A DNA stretch of 64,000 nucleotides from an uncultured Bacteroidales bacterium (GTDB taxonomy: Bacteria > Bacteroidota > Bacteroidia > Bacteroidales > FEN-979). Below are positions 6,868-16,014 of this stretch, piece by piece. The notes beneath the pieces are model-generated. The model did not search any database, had not been told where the DNA came from, and saw nothing but the letters and a program-made list of their open reading frames with translations. The position numbers and the translations under genes were made by a program. Numbering within the stretch: the stretch's first letter is position 1; each line of letters opens with the position of its first letter. The stretch spans positions 1,113 to 65,112 of the forward strand of contig CAJAUM010000052.1 of the NCBI GenBank assembly GCA_903945175.1. Reading direction: 5' to 3'.

Positions 6868-7323
6868 TTATTTTGGATGGAGTCCAAAAAAGCGTCTGAT
6901 GGTCCTGTGAAACTTATGAATACCTTCCACCGGATCGATGTGCATCAGTATACACTCCTTTGTTATCAGGTTTACCGGATGAGAACTTGCCAATTCAACG
7001 GATTCGGGGGTGTCTGACATCTGTTGAATCCAAATGTTGTCGATTCCCTTGGCAAGCGCTTCAGCAACCACCCCCTGCGTTTGTTTTTTCGGTGTGATGA
7101 TTAACAGACTGTGCACATTGAGTGGAAGGGCGCCAACACTGCGGAAACAGGGCACCCCTTCGATCACATCGGCCCCGGGATTGATCGGGTATACCTCAAA
7201 TCCTTTTTCTTTAAGGTTTTTGAATACCTGGTGCCCGAATTTCTTCGGATCCCTGGAAACACCTGCAATCGCAACTTTGCGTGATGACAGGAAGGAGTCA
7301 ATGGATGTTTTTGTGGCCTTCAT
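6868..7323 (-). CDS. CoA-binding domain protein
   Basis: KVAIAGVSRDPKKFGHQVFKNLKEKGFEVYPINPG is a CoA_binding_2-type motif. Start trimmed to ATG 7323 (MKATKTSIDSF...). Confidence 0.7.
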   Translation of the reverse strand: MKATKTSIDSFLSSRKVAIAGVSRDPKKFGHQVFKNLKEKGFEVYPINPGADVIEGVPCFRSVGALPLNVHSLLIITPKKQTQGVVAEALAKGIDNIWIQQMSDTPESVELASSHPVNLITKECILMHIDPVEGIHKFHRTIRRFFGLHPK

Positions 7324-7443
7324 TTGCTGCTTTTTAAAAATGAAATAAACGGCCCCCGAGTTCGCGATACGCCAGGTGGTTGGCCGGCACCTGAAAAAAA
7401 TATTCAACTAGGGCAATTCCACGGGTCATTTTGTAAAATAATT

Positions 7444-8385
7444 TTAAGAATTATGTGTTTTCAGACCTCTGGCATAATCAATTGAAATATAATTGTCCAG
7501 GCTTAGGCAGACATTTGAAGAAAAGCCAATGGCTGTTGAAATGATATGATCCCACAGCCAATTCTTCGGGTCCACCTTACCTGGTTGAACAAAGGGTTCT
7601 GTGTTGGAGAACAGGTTGCATGCGGCATAAATGATCCCGGCATTAAAAGCATCTCCTGCTCCAATCGTACTAACCGGATTAATCGGGTTGACATAAAAAG
7701 ATTTATGGAAATCTTTTGACATAACCTCAACATGTGCTTTGTTCTTTGTATATACCAGCAGAGGACAGCCTGCATTAAATACATGATCAAATGCACTCGC
7801 TGCATCATTCACTCCGAAAATATGGTGAAAGTCTTCATCAGAGCCCCTTACCATCCCGGATAAGCCAATATTTTCCAAAATCCAGGGTCTGACTTTTCCC
7901 AATTCAGCGAGGTGTGATTTTCTAAAGTTCGGATCATAAAGGATAAATGCTCCATTTGACCTTGCATAACTGATAAAATTGATCAAATTTTTACGCAATG
8001 AATCTGTGATTGCGTAAAATGAGCCGAAAAGAACAATATCTCCCTGACAGATCGTCGGAAAGGAGATGTTTAACCGTTTTCTTGGAAATATTTTGTAAAA
8101 AGAGTAATCAGCATCCTGATGATTGTCAAGGAAAGCCAATGCCAAGGCGGTTTTACCCCTATCAAATCGATCAATATAATCTCGGCCAACCTGGTTGTCT
8201 TTAAGAAAATTGTAAATTATTTCACCTGGCTGGTCCTTCCCAAAATCACTTATAAAATGTACCGGCACCCCTGCGCGTCCCAGTGAAACAGCCGAGTTGA
8301 GCATTGATCCGCCGGGTTTTGCTGCCACAGGCCCTCCTTCCTGGAAGATGATGTCGAAAACCGTCTCTCCAATACAATAAACCAT
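7444..8385 (-). CDS. PfkB-family carbohydrate kinase (fructokinase-like)
   Basis: N-terminal CIGETVFDIIF...GGSMLNSAVSLGRAG and C-terminal TIGAGDAFNAGIIYA are PfkB signatures. Confidence 0.8.
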   Translation of the reverse strand: MVYCIGETVFDIIFQEGGPVAAKPGGSMLNSAVSLGRAGVPVHFISDFGKDQPGEIIYNFLKDNQVGRDYIDRFDRGKTALALAFLDNHQDADYSFYKIFPRKRLNISFPTICQGDIVLFGSFYAITDSLRKNLINFISYARSNGAFILYDPNFRKSHLAELGKVRPWILENIGLSGMVRGSDEDFHHIFGVNDAASAFDHVFNAGCPLLVYTKNKAHVEVMSKDFHKSFYVNPINPVSTIGAGDAFNAGIIYAACNLFSNTEPFVQPGKVDPKNWLWDHIISTAIGFSSNVCLSLDNYISIDYARGLKTHNS

Positions 8386-8449
8386 GGAAATTTCTTTTAA
8401 TTCGGGTTACAAAGTCGATGGATCAAGGGCAAGAGCCCCTGAAAACAAA

Positions 8450-10210
8450 TCAATACTCAATTTCCAGGTCCAGCTCTTCTTTTAAGGTGCGTAAAGCCGG
8501 ATTTTTCTCCGCCAACATTTCAAATTTCTCTTTATCCGTATATGGTTTCATTGCCTTTAAGTTTTCGGCGATACTGGTCTGTAGATGGATTTTATAATTA
8601 TTCAACCGGTTTCGTAAAAATTCCATCAGGTCGGTTTTTTTTGTACTCAGCTCATCTTCCAATACTTTATTGGCTAGGGTATATTCTATTTTCCAATCGG
8701 GTTGAAGAAGAGGGTGGGAGCTTTTCAAGGTTGAATAAAGGTGCGGGGAATCGTTTTTCAGTTTGTCTGCATACTCATCCCAACATAGGGTAAGCTCGGC
8801 CTGGGTGAACGGGGTGGCTGTCTCATAACGGGCCTGGTCCTCCTCCGTTGAGGAGTTTGGCTCCGATTTGGACTGAGGCTTTTTTATGGATGTGGTGCTG
8901 TTAAAATCATGCTGAATATCACGCATTTTAAAGGTCTCTCCCGGTTTTTTGGGGACTGGAGGAGGAGCGGGGGCAGGATCATGAGGCTGCTGAACGGGCA
9001 TTGGTTGCTGAACGGGCATTGTTTGCTGGATGCCCGGGGTGATTTTCGGGTTGCTGGCTGGCTGCGGTGCAGGCAAAATGATTTGTTTGGGAGTGACAGT
9101 CAAAGGTGCATCAGGTTGCAACACCAATGTGCACATTTGCATCAGTGACAGTTCGAGGTGAAGCCGTTTGTTATTGCTTGTTTTGTAATTCAGATCGCAG
9201 CGGTTGTTGATGTCCAGGATTTTCAATAATAAGCTCACCGCACATCGGGTTGATTGTTCAACATACTGGTTTCGTATGGAAGGCGCAGTCTCGAGCAGTT
9301 TTGAGGTTGCTGCATCTTTGCAGACAAGAAGGTTCCGCATATGTTCTCCAAATCCAATCAGGAAATGCTGTCCTTCAAATCCTTTGTCGATGATATCATT
9401 AATCGTCAGGAGGGTCCCAGGAATATCACCTTCCAATATCTGGTCCGTGATCCTGAAAAAATATTCATAATCAAGTACATTCAGATTTTCAAGTACGGTG
9501 TTGTAAGTCAGCTGGTTGCCGGCAAAACTTACAAGCTGATCAAAAATCGACAAGGCATCGCGCATGGCTCCATCTGCCTTCTGGGCAATAATATGCAAGG
9601 CATTGTCTTCGGCAGCAATATTTTCCATGTCGGCCACATGATGAAGATGCCCGGCAATATCATCAACGGTAATCCGCTTGAAATCAAAAATCTGGCAGCG
9701 GGAGAGGATGGTTGGAAGGATCTTATGCTTTTCGGTGGTGGCTAATATGAATTTCGCGTAGGCTGGTGGCTCTTCAAGTGTTTTAAGAAAGGCATTGAAA
9801 GCGGAGGCAGAAAGCATATGCACTTCATCGATGATATACACTTTGTATTTGCCCATCTGTGGCGGGATCCGGACCTGGTCAACGAGGGTCCTGATGTCAT
9901 CCACCGAATTATTCGAAGCCCCATCAAGCTCATAAATATTGAAGGAGGCATTTTCATTGAAGGAGACACAAGAATCGCAATGGTCACACGCTTCGACATT
10001 TGGCGACAGATGCTCGCAGTTGATCGTTTTTGCAAGAATACGGGCACAGGTGGTCTTCCCGACACCACGGGGGCCGCAAAAAAGAAATGCCTGTGCAAGC
10101 TGGTTGTTTTTTATGGCATTCTTTAACGTATTGGTGATGGACTTCTGTCCAACCACGGTATCAAAGGTCTGAGGACGGTATTTTCGCGCCGATACAATAA
10201 AATTCTCCAT
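8450..10210 (-). CDS. dnaX: DNA polymerase III subunit gamma/tau
   Basis: MENFIVSARKYRPQTFDTVVGQ, Walker A GPRGVGKTT, Zn module CxxCxxC (CDHCDSC), DEVHML, SRCQ. A Pro/Gln-rich linker is followed by a C-terminal tau-like domain. Confidence 0.95.
   Translation of the reverse strand: MENFIVSARKYRPQTFDTVVGQKSITNTLKNAIKNNQLAQAFLFCGPRGVGKTTCARILAKTINCEHLSPNVEACDHCDSCVSFNENASFNIYELDGASNNSVDDIRTLVDQVRIPPQMGKYKVYIIDEVHMLSASAFNAFLKTLEEPPAYAKFILATTEKHKILPTILSRCQIFDFKRITVDDIAGHLHHVADMENIAAEDNALHIIAQKADGAMRDALSIFDQLVSFAGNQLTYNTVLENLNVLDYEYFFRITDQILEGDIPGTLLTINDIIDKGFEGQHFLIGFGEHMRNLLVCKDAATSKLLETAPSIRNQYVEQSTRCAVSLLLKILDINNRCDLNYKTSNNKRLHLELSLMQMCTLVLQPDAPLTVTPKQIILPAPQPASNPKITPGIQQTMPVQQPMPVQQPHDPAPAPPPVPKKPGETFKMRDIQHDFNSTTSIKKPQSKSEPNSSTEEDQARYETATPFTQAELTLCWDEYADKLKNDSPHLYSTLKSSHPLLQPDWKIEYTLANKVLEDELSTKKTDLMEFLRNRLNNYKIHLQTSIAENLKAMKPYTDKEKFEMLAEKNPALRTLKEELDLEIEY
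8987..9031. repeat. In-frame 18-bp tandem duplication in the dnaX linker
   Basis: GCTGCTGAACGGGCATTG / GTTGCTGAACGGGCATTG / TTTGCTGGA. It encodes MPVQQPMPVQQP. Confidence 0.8.
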
Positions 10211-10303
10211 ATGCGTGTCCGGTTCTATTCCAAAATATCATTCAAAAGTACGAAAGTTTTTGTTTTTTGTTTAATTTGGCTGCAAGTACCAATGTTGTTT
10301 TTC

Positions 10304-11611
10304 ATGCTGCTTGTTCATACCCCTGCTATAACCAACCGGCTCAAGTATATTTTTACCTTGGTTATCAGAGATATGCTGGGCCTGGAGATACAATTTACCT
10401 CATCCGCTGATGAATTCAGGGAATATCCCGGCCCGAAATTTTCCTATTCTGACAGACCTTTAGCTGACGGTCTTTTTATTGAAGCAAGTAACCTGCTTTT
10501 TGAGGAAGGGGTCATTTGCCACGAATTAAATGTTTCCTGGATTGGCGGCATTCCAATCATCTTCAAGACTGGCCATCCTTTAAGTTTATTGCCATTCGAC
10601 CCATTTGCCGCAGCCTTTTACATGGTCAGCCGGTACGAAGAGTACCTGCCGCATCAAACCGACAAATATGGACGCTTCACCGCTGCTGAGAGTATCGCAA
10701 TGAAGGGAAATTTCCTGGAGGTTCCGGTAATCCATCTTTGGGCTGAAAAAGTTGGGAAGTTACTACTTGAACACCATCCCGGATTGGCCATCAGATACCC
10801 TGAATACAGGTATCTCCCCACCATTGATGTTGATCACGCCTATTGTTATCGTGGTCGTACCCCGGTAAGAACGTTGGGTGGAATTGGAAGAGATATCGCG
10901 CGAGGGCATTTGGATGACGTTCTATTGCGGATAAAGGTTTTATATGGATTGGCTGCTGATCCGTATGATAATTATTCCTTTATAAACAGGGTTCATGCAC
11001 AGTACGGGCAAAATCCGCTCTATTTTATTTTGTTTGCCGATCATGGAGGAGATGATAACAATATTTCCGTTACTTCGGAAATCTTTCATGTATTGCTTCA
11101 TGCGTTGGACCGGCACAAAGGGGTAGCCATTCATCCTTCGCTTTCATCCAATAAAAGTCATGCGAAACTTCTGGCAGAGTACAATGCTTTATGCCAGGTA
11201 CTGCAGCGGGAAGTAACCAGTAGTCGTCAGCATTTTCTTCACCTGAGATTGCCGCAAACTTACCGGTCGCTGATTCAGTTGGGTATCAGCGATGATTATT
11301 CAATGGGTTATGCATCCCATCCGGGTTTCCGCGCCGGAATTGCAGTTCCGTTTCAGTTTTTCGATCTGGGTTCAAATGAAACAACCAATCTCGTTGTTCA
11401 TCCTGTTTCTCTCATGGATGTAACGATGAAAGATTACCTACGTCTAAGCACGGAAGAAAGCACGGAGATCGTCAATCGCATGATCAAAACAATTAAGTCG
11501 GTGCATGGTGAGTTTGTCAGCCTTTGGCACAATGAGAGTCTCGGTGACACCGGCCGCTGGAGGGGTTGGCGCCGGGTTTATGAAGAGATGGTAAAATCAG
11601 CATCTACCTGA
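10304..11611 (+). CDS. Polysaccharide-deacetylase-like family protein (function uncertain)
   Basis: The long ORF starts at 10211, abutting the dnaX start. The likely start is ATG 10304 (MLLVHTPAITNRLKYIF...) or 10292. From memory it resembles a conserved Bacteroidota family annotated as polysaccharide deacetylase-like. No catalytic motif verified. Confidence 0.45.
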   Translation: MLLVHTPAITNRLKYIFTLVIRDMLGLEIQFTSSADEFREYPGPKFSYSDRPLADGLFIEASNLLFEEGVICHELNVSWIGGIPIIFKTGHPLSLLPFDPFAAAFYMVSRYEEYLPHQTDKYGRFTAAESIAMKGNFLEVPVIHLWAEKVGKLLLEHHPGLAIRYPEYRYLPTIDVDHAYCYRGRTPVRTLGGIGRDIARGHLDDVLLRIKVLYGLAADPYDNYSFINRVHAQYGQNPLYFILFADHGGDDNNISVTSEIFHVLLHALDRHKGVAIHPSLSSNKSHAKLLAEYNALCQVLQREVTSSRQHFLHLRLPQTYRSLIQLGISDDYSMGYASHPGFRAGIAVPFQFFDLGSNETTNLVVHPVSLMDVTMKDYLRLSTEESTEIVNRMIKTIKSVHGEFVSLWHNESLGDTGRWRGWRRVYEEMVKSAST

Positions 11612-11619
11612 AGGAGGCT

Positions 11620-12555
11620 ATGATATATTATCTGAAACATAACGCGATAGATAAAAATCTTTGGGATGACTGTATCAAACAGTCGCACAACCGAAGAGTT
11701 TATGCATATTCATGGTATCTTGACCTGGTTTGCCCAGGATGGGAGGCGCTTGTCGAGGATGACTACAGCTGTGTATTCCCACTGACCGGCAATACAAAAT
11801 GGGCCATCAGTTATCTGTATCAACCCTATTTTACACAACAGCTTGGATGTTTTTCGCCTAATCCCATCACAGAATATCAGGTGAATAATTTTATTCATGC
11901 CATTCCGAAAAAATATCGGTTTGTGGAGATCCATCTCAACGAACAGAATAATTTCACTTTTTCGGCAGGGAATACAACCCGGCGAATTAACCATGAATTG
12001 GATTTATCACCGATCTATGAAGAGCTGGTAACAGGGTACGCCCAGAATACCAGGCGAAATCTGCGGAAGGCAACTGAAATGGGCGTGAGTTTAAGCAGGG
12101 TAACTCGGACAGATGAACTGGTTTCACTGTTTATGGAAAATTATGGAAAAAAGGAGGGGAAGCTTAACCTGACCCATTATGAAACCATGCGCAGTGTGAT
12201 TAATTATGGCCTGGCTCATAAGATGGGATGTATTCGGGGCGCTTGTTCTGATCAGGGATTGCTTTCAGCTTCGGCCTTTTTTCTATTTGACCATGAGCGG
12301 GTTTATCTCCTTTTTGCTGCCTCAGCAGCGGAAGCCCGGGAGAATGGCGCCATGTTTCTGCTAATTGACCGGTTCCTTTCTGAACATGCCGGTAAAAGTC
12401 TGAAACTCGATTTTGAAGGAGGAAATGACCCGAATCTTGGCAGGTTTTATAAAAGTTTTGGTGCAGCGGAAGTTCCCTATCCCGCAATTCAGATCAACAG
12501 ATTGCCCATGATTGCCGGGAAGGCGCTTTATTTTGCCCGCAAACTCAGGCAATAG
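11620..12555 (+). CDS. GNAT/FemAB-like acyltransferase-fold protein (function uncertain)
   Basis: 311-aa ORF beginning 8 nt after the previous gene, preceded by AAGGAGG. The family assignment is from memory only. Confidence 0.4.
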   Translation: MIYYLKHNAIDKNLWDDCIKQSHNRRVYAYSWYLDLVCPGWEALVEDDYSCVFPLTGNTKWAISYLYQPYFTQQLGCFSPNPITEYQVNNFIHAIPKKYRFVEIHLNEQNNFTFSAGNTTRRINHELDLSPIYEELVTGYAQNTRRNLRKATEMGVSLSRVTRTDELVSLFMENYGKKEGKLNLTHYETMRSVINYGLAHKMGCIRGACSDQGLLSASAFFLFDHERVYLLFAASAAEARENGAMFLLIDRFLSEHAGKSLKLDFEGGNDPNLGRFYKSFGAAEVPYPAIQINRLPMIAGKALYFARKLRQ

Positions 12556-12566
12556 ATAAAATTCTC

Positions 12567-12574
12567 TACTTTTG
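12567..12574 (+). promoter_or_regulatory. -7 box TACTTTTG for upp
   Basis: Perfect TAnnTTTG, 28 nt upstream of ATG 12602. Confidence 0.5.
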
Positions 12575-12601
12575 TGAGAATTAACACTTAATTGAGAAGA
12601 A

Positions 12602-13252
12602 ATGGTCCGTGTATTATCAACAGGAAGTTCAATACTGAATCAATATATCGCTGAAATCAGGGATGCAGAAACCCAGAAGGACAGTTTACGCTTCCGTCAT
12701 AACCTGGAGCGTTTGGGTGGAATTTTTGCCTATGAAATCAGCAAGGATCTGGCCTATGAAACAAAGGAGGTTATAACCCCATTGGGTATTGCCAATGTTC
12801 CGGTCTTGATCCAATATCCTGTTCTTGCTACGATTCTGCGTGCCGGACTTCCTTTTCATCAGGGACTGCTGAATTTTTTCGATAAATCGGAAAATGCATT
12901 TATCTCTGCTTTTCGGCGTCATCACAAAGATGGAACTTTTTCTATCAGCATCGAATATGCTTCGGTAACTGAAATCGAGGACAAAGTAGTGATTTTGTGC
13001 GATACCATGCTGGCATCCGGTTCATCGATGGTACTGGCTTACCGGGAACTGATTTCCCACGGGAAGCCCCGCCATACCCACATCGCCACAGCTGTTGCCA
13101 GTGTTGAAGGAATTGAATATATGAAGAAGCATTTACCGATGAAAGAAATTACCCTATGGGTTGGCGTCATTGACGATGAAATGACTGCCCAATCGTACAT
13201 CGTGCCCGGTTTGGGTGATGCCGGCGATCTTGCCTTTGGAAAAAAACTCTGA
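12602..13252 (+). CDS. upp: Uracil phosphoribosyltransferase
   Basis: 216 aa. The PRPP-binding loop [14 protein letters not shown] and the C-terminal [15 protein letters not shown] are both characteristic of UPRTase. Confidence 0.9.
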   Translation: MVRVLSTGSSILNQYIAEIRDAETQKDSLRFRHNLERLGGIFAYEISKDLAYETKEVITPLGIANVPVLIQYPVLATILRAGLPFHQGLLNFFDKSENAFISAFRRHHKDGTFSISIEYASVTEIEDKVVILCDTMLASGSSMVLAYRELISHGKPRHTHIATAVASVEGIEYMKKHLPMKEITLWVGVIDDEMTAQSYIVPGLGDAGDLAFGKKL

Positions 13253-13259
13253 TGCTCCT

Positions 13260-14504
13260 ATGAAAAATACCCTGGTACTTGAGAATGTTAACATTTCGCT
13301 GATCTCCATCCGCAGTCATTTACTTCGTACCATTCTTACCATCATGATTATCGCCTTTGGGATCATGGCCCTGGTTGGAATTCTTACGGCTACAGATTCG
13401 ATCAAATATTACCTTACACAAAATTTTTCGATGATGGGGGCCAATACCCTGACGATCCGAAACCGGTCCATGAATCTTCACATGGGGGGCAGCGACAGCA
13501 AGGAAAAGCGCTATGAACCTATTACTTACAACCAGGCCCGGGAATTTAAAGACAGATTTGATTTTCCATCCTATACAGCAATTTTCACGCGGGCGACCGG
13601 TATAGCTACCCTTAAATACGAGGCCAATAAAACCAACCCGAATGTACGGGTAATCGGAGCTGACGAAAATTATTTGATCACTTCCGGGGATGAGGTTGAA
13701 ACCGGACGGAACTTTACCGTAAACGAGGTTGAATATGGGTTCAGTTCTGTTATCCTGGGTGCCGGGCTCATCAAGGATCTGTTTAAAAACAAGGAAGATC
13801 CCATTGGCAGGATCATTTCTATTGGTCCCGGAAAATTCAAGATCATTGGGGTTCTTAAATCCAAAGGATCCAGCATGGGTTTCAGCGGGGACCAGACCTG
13901 TTATATCCCGGTTACCAATGTCAGGACAAATTTTCCCCGTCCTGAAATGTCGTTTAACATCAATGTAATGGCAAAACGGCCGGAATTGATGGATGCCGCC
14001 ACCGGAGAGGCTACTGCCATTTTAAGGAGTATTCGCAAGGTGCCCGTGGGTATTGAAGACACGTTTGAAATAACGAAAAGTGATAACGTTGCCAAGATGT
14101 TGATTGAGAATCTGAAATATGTCTCCTTAGCAGCAACGCTCATCGGGTTTATTACGTTACTCGGGGCAGCCATCGGTTTAATGAACATCATGCTCGTTTC
14201 AGTTACGGAGCGTACGCGGGAAATTGGAATAAGAAAGGCCATTGGTGCAACCAAACGCGTGATCCGGAATCAGTTTTTAGTCGAAGCCGTTGTGATCGGA
14301 CAAATCGGAGGATTATTTGGAATTGTCCTGGGCATCCTTGTGGGCAATATACTCTCGCTGCTGATTGGCAGTGCCTTCATTATCCCCTGGTTATGGATAA
14401 CAACAGGCGTGATCTTATGTTTTGCTGTCGCGCTGATCAGTGGCATCATACCTGCACAAAAAGCAGCCAACCTCGACCCAATCGAATCACTGCGTTACGA
14501 ATAG
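13260..14504 (+). CDS. ABC transporter permease, MacB/FtsX family
   Basis: Start trimmed to ATG 13260. N-terminal TM helix, MacB-type periplasmic domain, and a C-terminal FtsX domain with [14 protein letters not shown]. No ATPase partner is adjacent. Confidence 0.8.
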   Translation: MKNTLVLENVNISLISIRSHLLRTILTIMIIAFGIMALVGILTATDSIKYYLTQNFSMMGANTLTIRNRSMNLHMGGSDSKEKRYEPITYNQAREFKDRFDFPSYTAIFTRATGIATLKYEANKTNPNVRVIGADENYLITSGDEVETGRNFTVNEVEYGFSSVILGAGLIKDLFKNKEDPIGRIISIGPGKFKIIGVLKSKGSSMGFSGDQTCYIPVTNVRTNFPRPEMSFNINVMAKRPELMDAATGEATAILRSIRKVPVGIEDTFEITKSDNVAKMLIENLKYVSLAATLIGFITLLGAAIGLMNIMLVSVTERTREIGIRKAIGATKRVIRNQFLVEAVVIGQIGGLFGIVLGILVGNILSLLIGSAFIIPWLWITTGVILCFAVALISGIIPAQKAANLDPIESLRYE

Positions 14505-14515
14505 GGGAGCCCGCC

Positions 14516-15958
14516 ATGGATATGAGTCATGTCATCGCCCTGCTCCGCAAGGAATTTCCCTATGAACCAACTGAGGGACAAGATAAACTGTTAGGTGAGC
14601 TGGCTGTTTTTCTAACCATCTCCTGGAGGCAGCAAAATGCCCTGTTCATCCTCCGTGGATATGCCGGCACAGGTAAAACCACGGTTGTAAAGGCACTTGC
14701 CGATGTCCTTCCGCAGATGGGTAAGAAAACAGTGCTGCTGGCTCCAACCGGCCGAGCCGCCAAGGTCTTGGCCAGTTATACAAAAAAGCAGGCCAATACG
14801 ATCCATAGAAAAATCTACCTCGCCCGTACAAACAAAGATGGATTGATCGATCTGAAACTGCAGGTCAATTATCATAAGCATACGTTGTTTATTGTTGATG
14901 AAGCCTCGATGATACAACATACGATGTCGAGCGAAGGGGCCATATTTTCTACCCGCAACCTGCTCGATGATCTGTTTCAGTTTGTATACAGCGGGGAGAA
15001 TTGCCGTATGCTTTTTATCGGTGATACCGCGCAGTTGCCACCTGTTGGGCTGGATTACAGCCCGGCACTCGATCATGCGTTTTTACAGAATGCGTATCAC
15101 CTCAACATCGATACGTTCGAACTGACGGAGGTTGTAAGGCAGGCAAAAGCATCGGGGATACTGGTCAATGCAACCAAGGTCAGACAGCAAATTCAGCAGC
15201 AGAAACTTGTATTTCCACTGTTTTCTCTGGATGGATTTAAGGATGTTGTACGTATCAACGGTCAGGATCTCGAAGAAGCATTAAACCATGCTTATTCAGG
15301 TGCGCAAAAGGAAAATAATGTAGTTGTTTGCCGTTCGAACAAAAGAGCCAACATTTACAACCGCGAAATCCGCCATCGGATTCTCTTTCTTGAGGAGGAG
15401 ATATCCTGTGGCGATTACCTGATGATTGTCAAGAATAATTACTTCTGGTTGCCGGAAGAATCAACCGCCGGGTTCATCGCCAATGGGGATATCGTTGAAC
15501 TGGTCCGCATCCGCAAAATTGAGGAAATGTATGGATTTCGTTTTGCAGATGTGACGCTTCGCTTTATTGATTATCCTGAAGAAAGGGACCTTGACGTAAA
15601 GATCGTTCTTGATACCCTGATGTCGGAATCAGCTGCACTGACTCAACCAGACAACAACCGGCTGTTTCAGGCCGTGATGGCCGACTTTCTGGATATCGGT
15701 TCAAAACGGGGGAGAATGGAGAAGGTTAAAGCAAGTCCCTATTTCAACGCGCTTCAGGTGAAATTTGCCTACGCATTGACCTGCCATAAAACACAGGGTG
15801 GCCAATGGGAAAATGTATTTATTGATCAGGGTTATCTCAATGATAAGATGCTAAACCTGGAATTTGGGAGATGGCTTTACACTGCTGTGACGCGTGCGAC
15901 GAAGAAATTGTTCCTGATAAATTTCGAAGAGCGATTTTTTGTGACAAATGGCACGTGA
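14516..15958 (+). CDS. RecD-like (SF1) ATP-dependent DNA helicase
   Basis: Start trimmed to ATG 14516. Walker A GYAGTGKTT, Walker B LFIVDEASM, C-terminal AYALTCHKTQGGQWENVF. Confidence 0.8.
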   Translation: MDMSHVIALLRKEFPYEPTEGQDKLLGELAVFLTISWRQQNALFILRGYAGTGKTTVVKALADVLPQMGKKTVLLAPTGRAAKVLASYTKKQANTIHRKIYLARTNKDGLIDLKLQVNYHKHTLFIVDEASMIQHTMSSEGAIFSTRNLLDDLFQFVYSGENCRMLFIGDTAQLPPVGLDYSPALDHAFLQNAYHLNIDTFELTEVVRQAKASGILVNATKVRQQIQQQKLVFPLFSLDGFKDVVRINGQDLEEALNHAYSGAQKENNVVVCRSNKRANIYNREIRHRILFLEEEISCGDYLMIVKNNYFWLPEESTAGFIANGDIVELVRIRKIEEMYGFRFADVTLRFIDYPEERDLDVKIVLDTLMSESAALTQPDNNRLFQAVMADFLDIGSKRGRMEKVKASPYFNALQVKFAYALTCHKTQGGQWENVFIDQGYLNDKMLNLEFGRWLYTAVTRATKKLFLINFEERFFVTNGT

Positions 15959-16014
15959 CCTTGTCACCCTGTTACCCTGTCACCCTGTTACCCTGTCACC
16001 CTTTTGGTTACCAT
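15955..16014. repeat. 8-bp tandem repeat array (GTCACCCT/GTTACCCT)n filling a convergent intergenic gap
   Basis: The units are GTGACCTT GTCACCCT GTTACCCT GTCACCCT GTTACCCT GTCACCCT tttg GTTACCAT. Both flanking stop codons (TGA 15956-58, TAA 16008-10 on the minus strand) lie in the terminal units. An inverted unit AGGGTGAT is at 16021-28. Confidence 0.9.

Noticed and set aside
8632-8643. A8 run (ACA AAA AAA ACC) in dnaX as a Thermus-style transcriptional slippage site
   Set aside because: It lies at about residue 523 of 586, too close to the C-terminus to produce a gamma-like product. The A_AAA_AAG site at 8879-8885 is the better-placed candidate.
10304-12555. Deacetylase-like and FemAB/GNAT-like gene pair as a novel cell-envelope modification module
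   Set aside because: As far as I recall, this pair is widely conserved in Bacteroidota core synteny. I could not verify any catalytic motif from the sequence alone, so I describe it as a feature and do not promote it to a finding.
14393-14515. N-terminal extension of the RecD-like helicase overlapping the FtsX permease gene
   Set aside because: The extension is Cys/Arg-rich and overlaps the conserved permease C-terminus. ATG 14516 follows the permease stop by 11 nt and starts the conserved region.
13260-15958. FtsX permease plus RecD-like helicase as a possible defence or novel system
   Set aside because: Both are common stand-alone housekeeping-type genes in Bacteroidota. There is no nuclease, methyltransferase, ATPase partner or other defence-associated domain nearby. 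Adjacency alone is not evidence.
15955-16014. Possible CRISPR array
   Set aside because: The units are 8 bp and directly abutting, with no spacers. There are no cas genes in the window.
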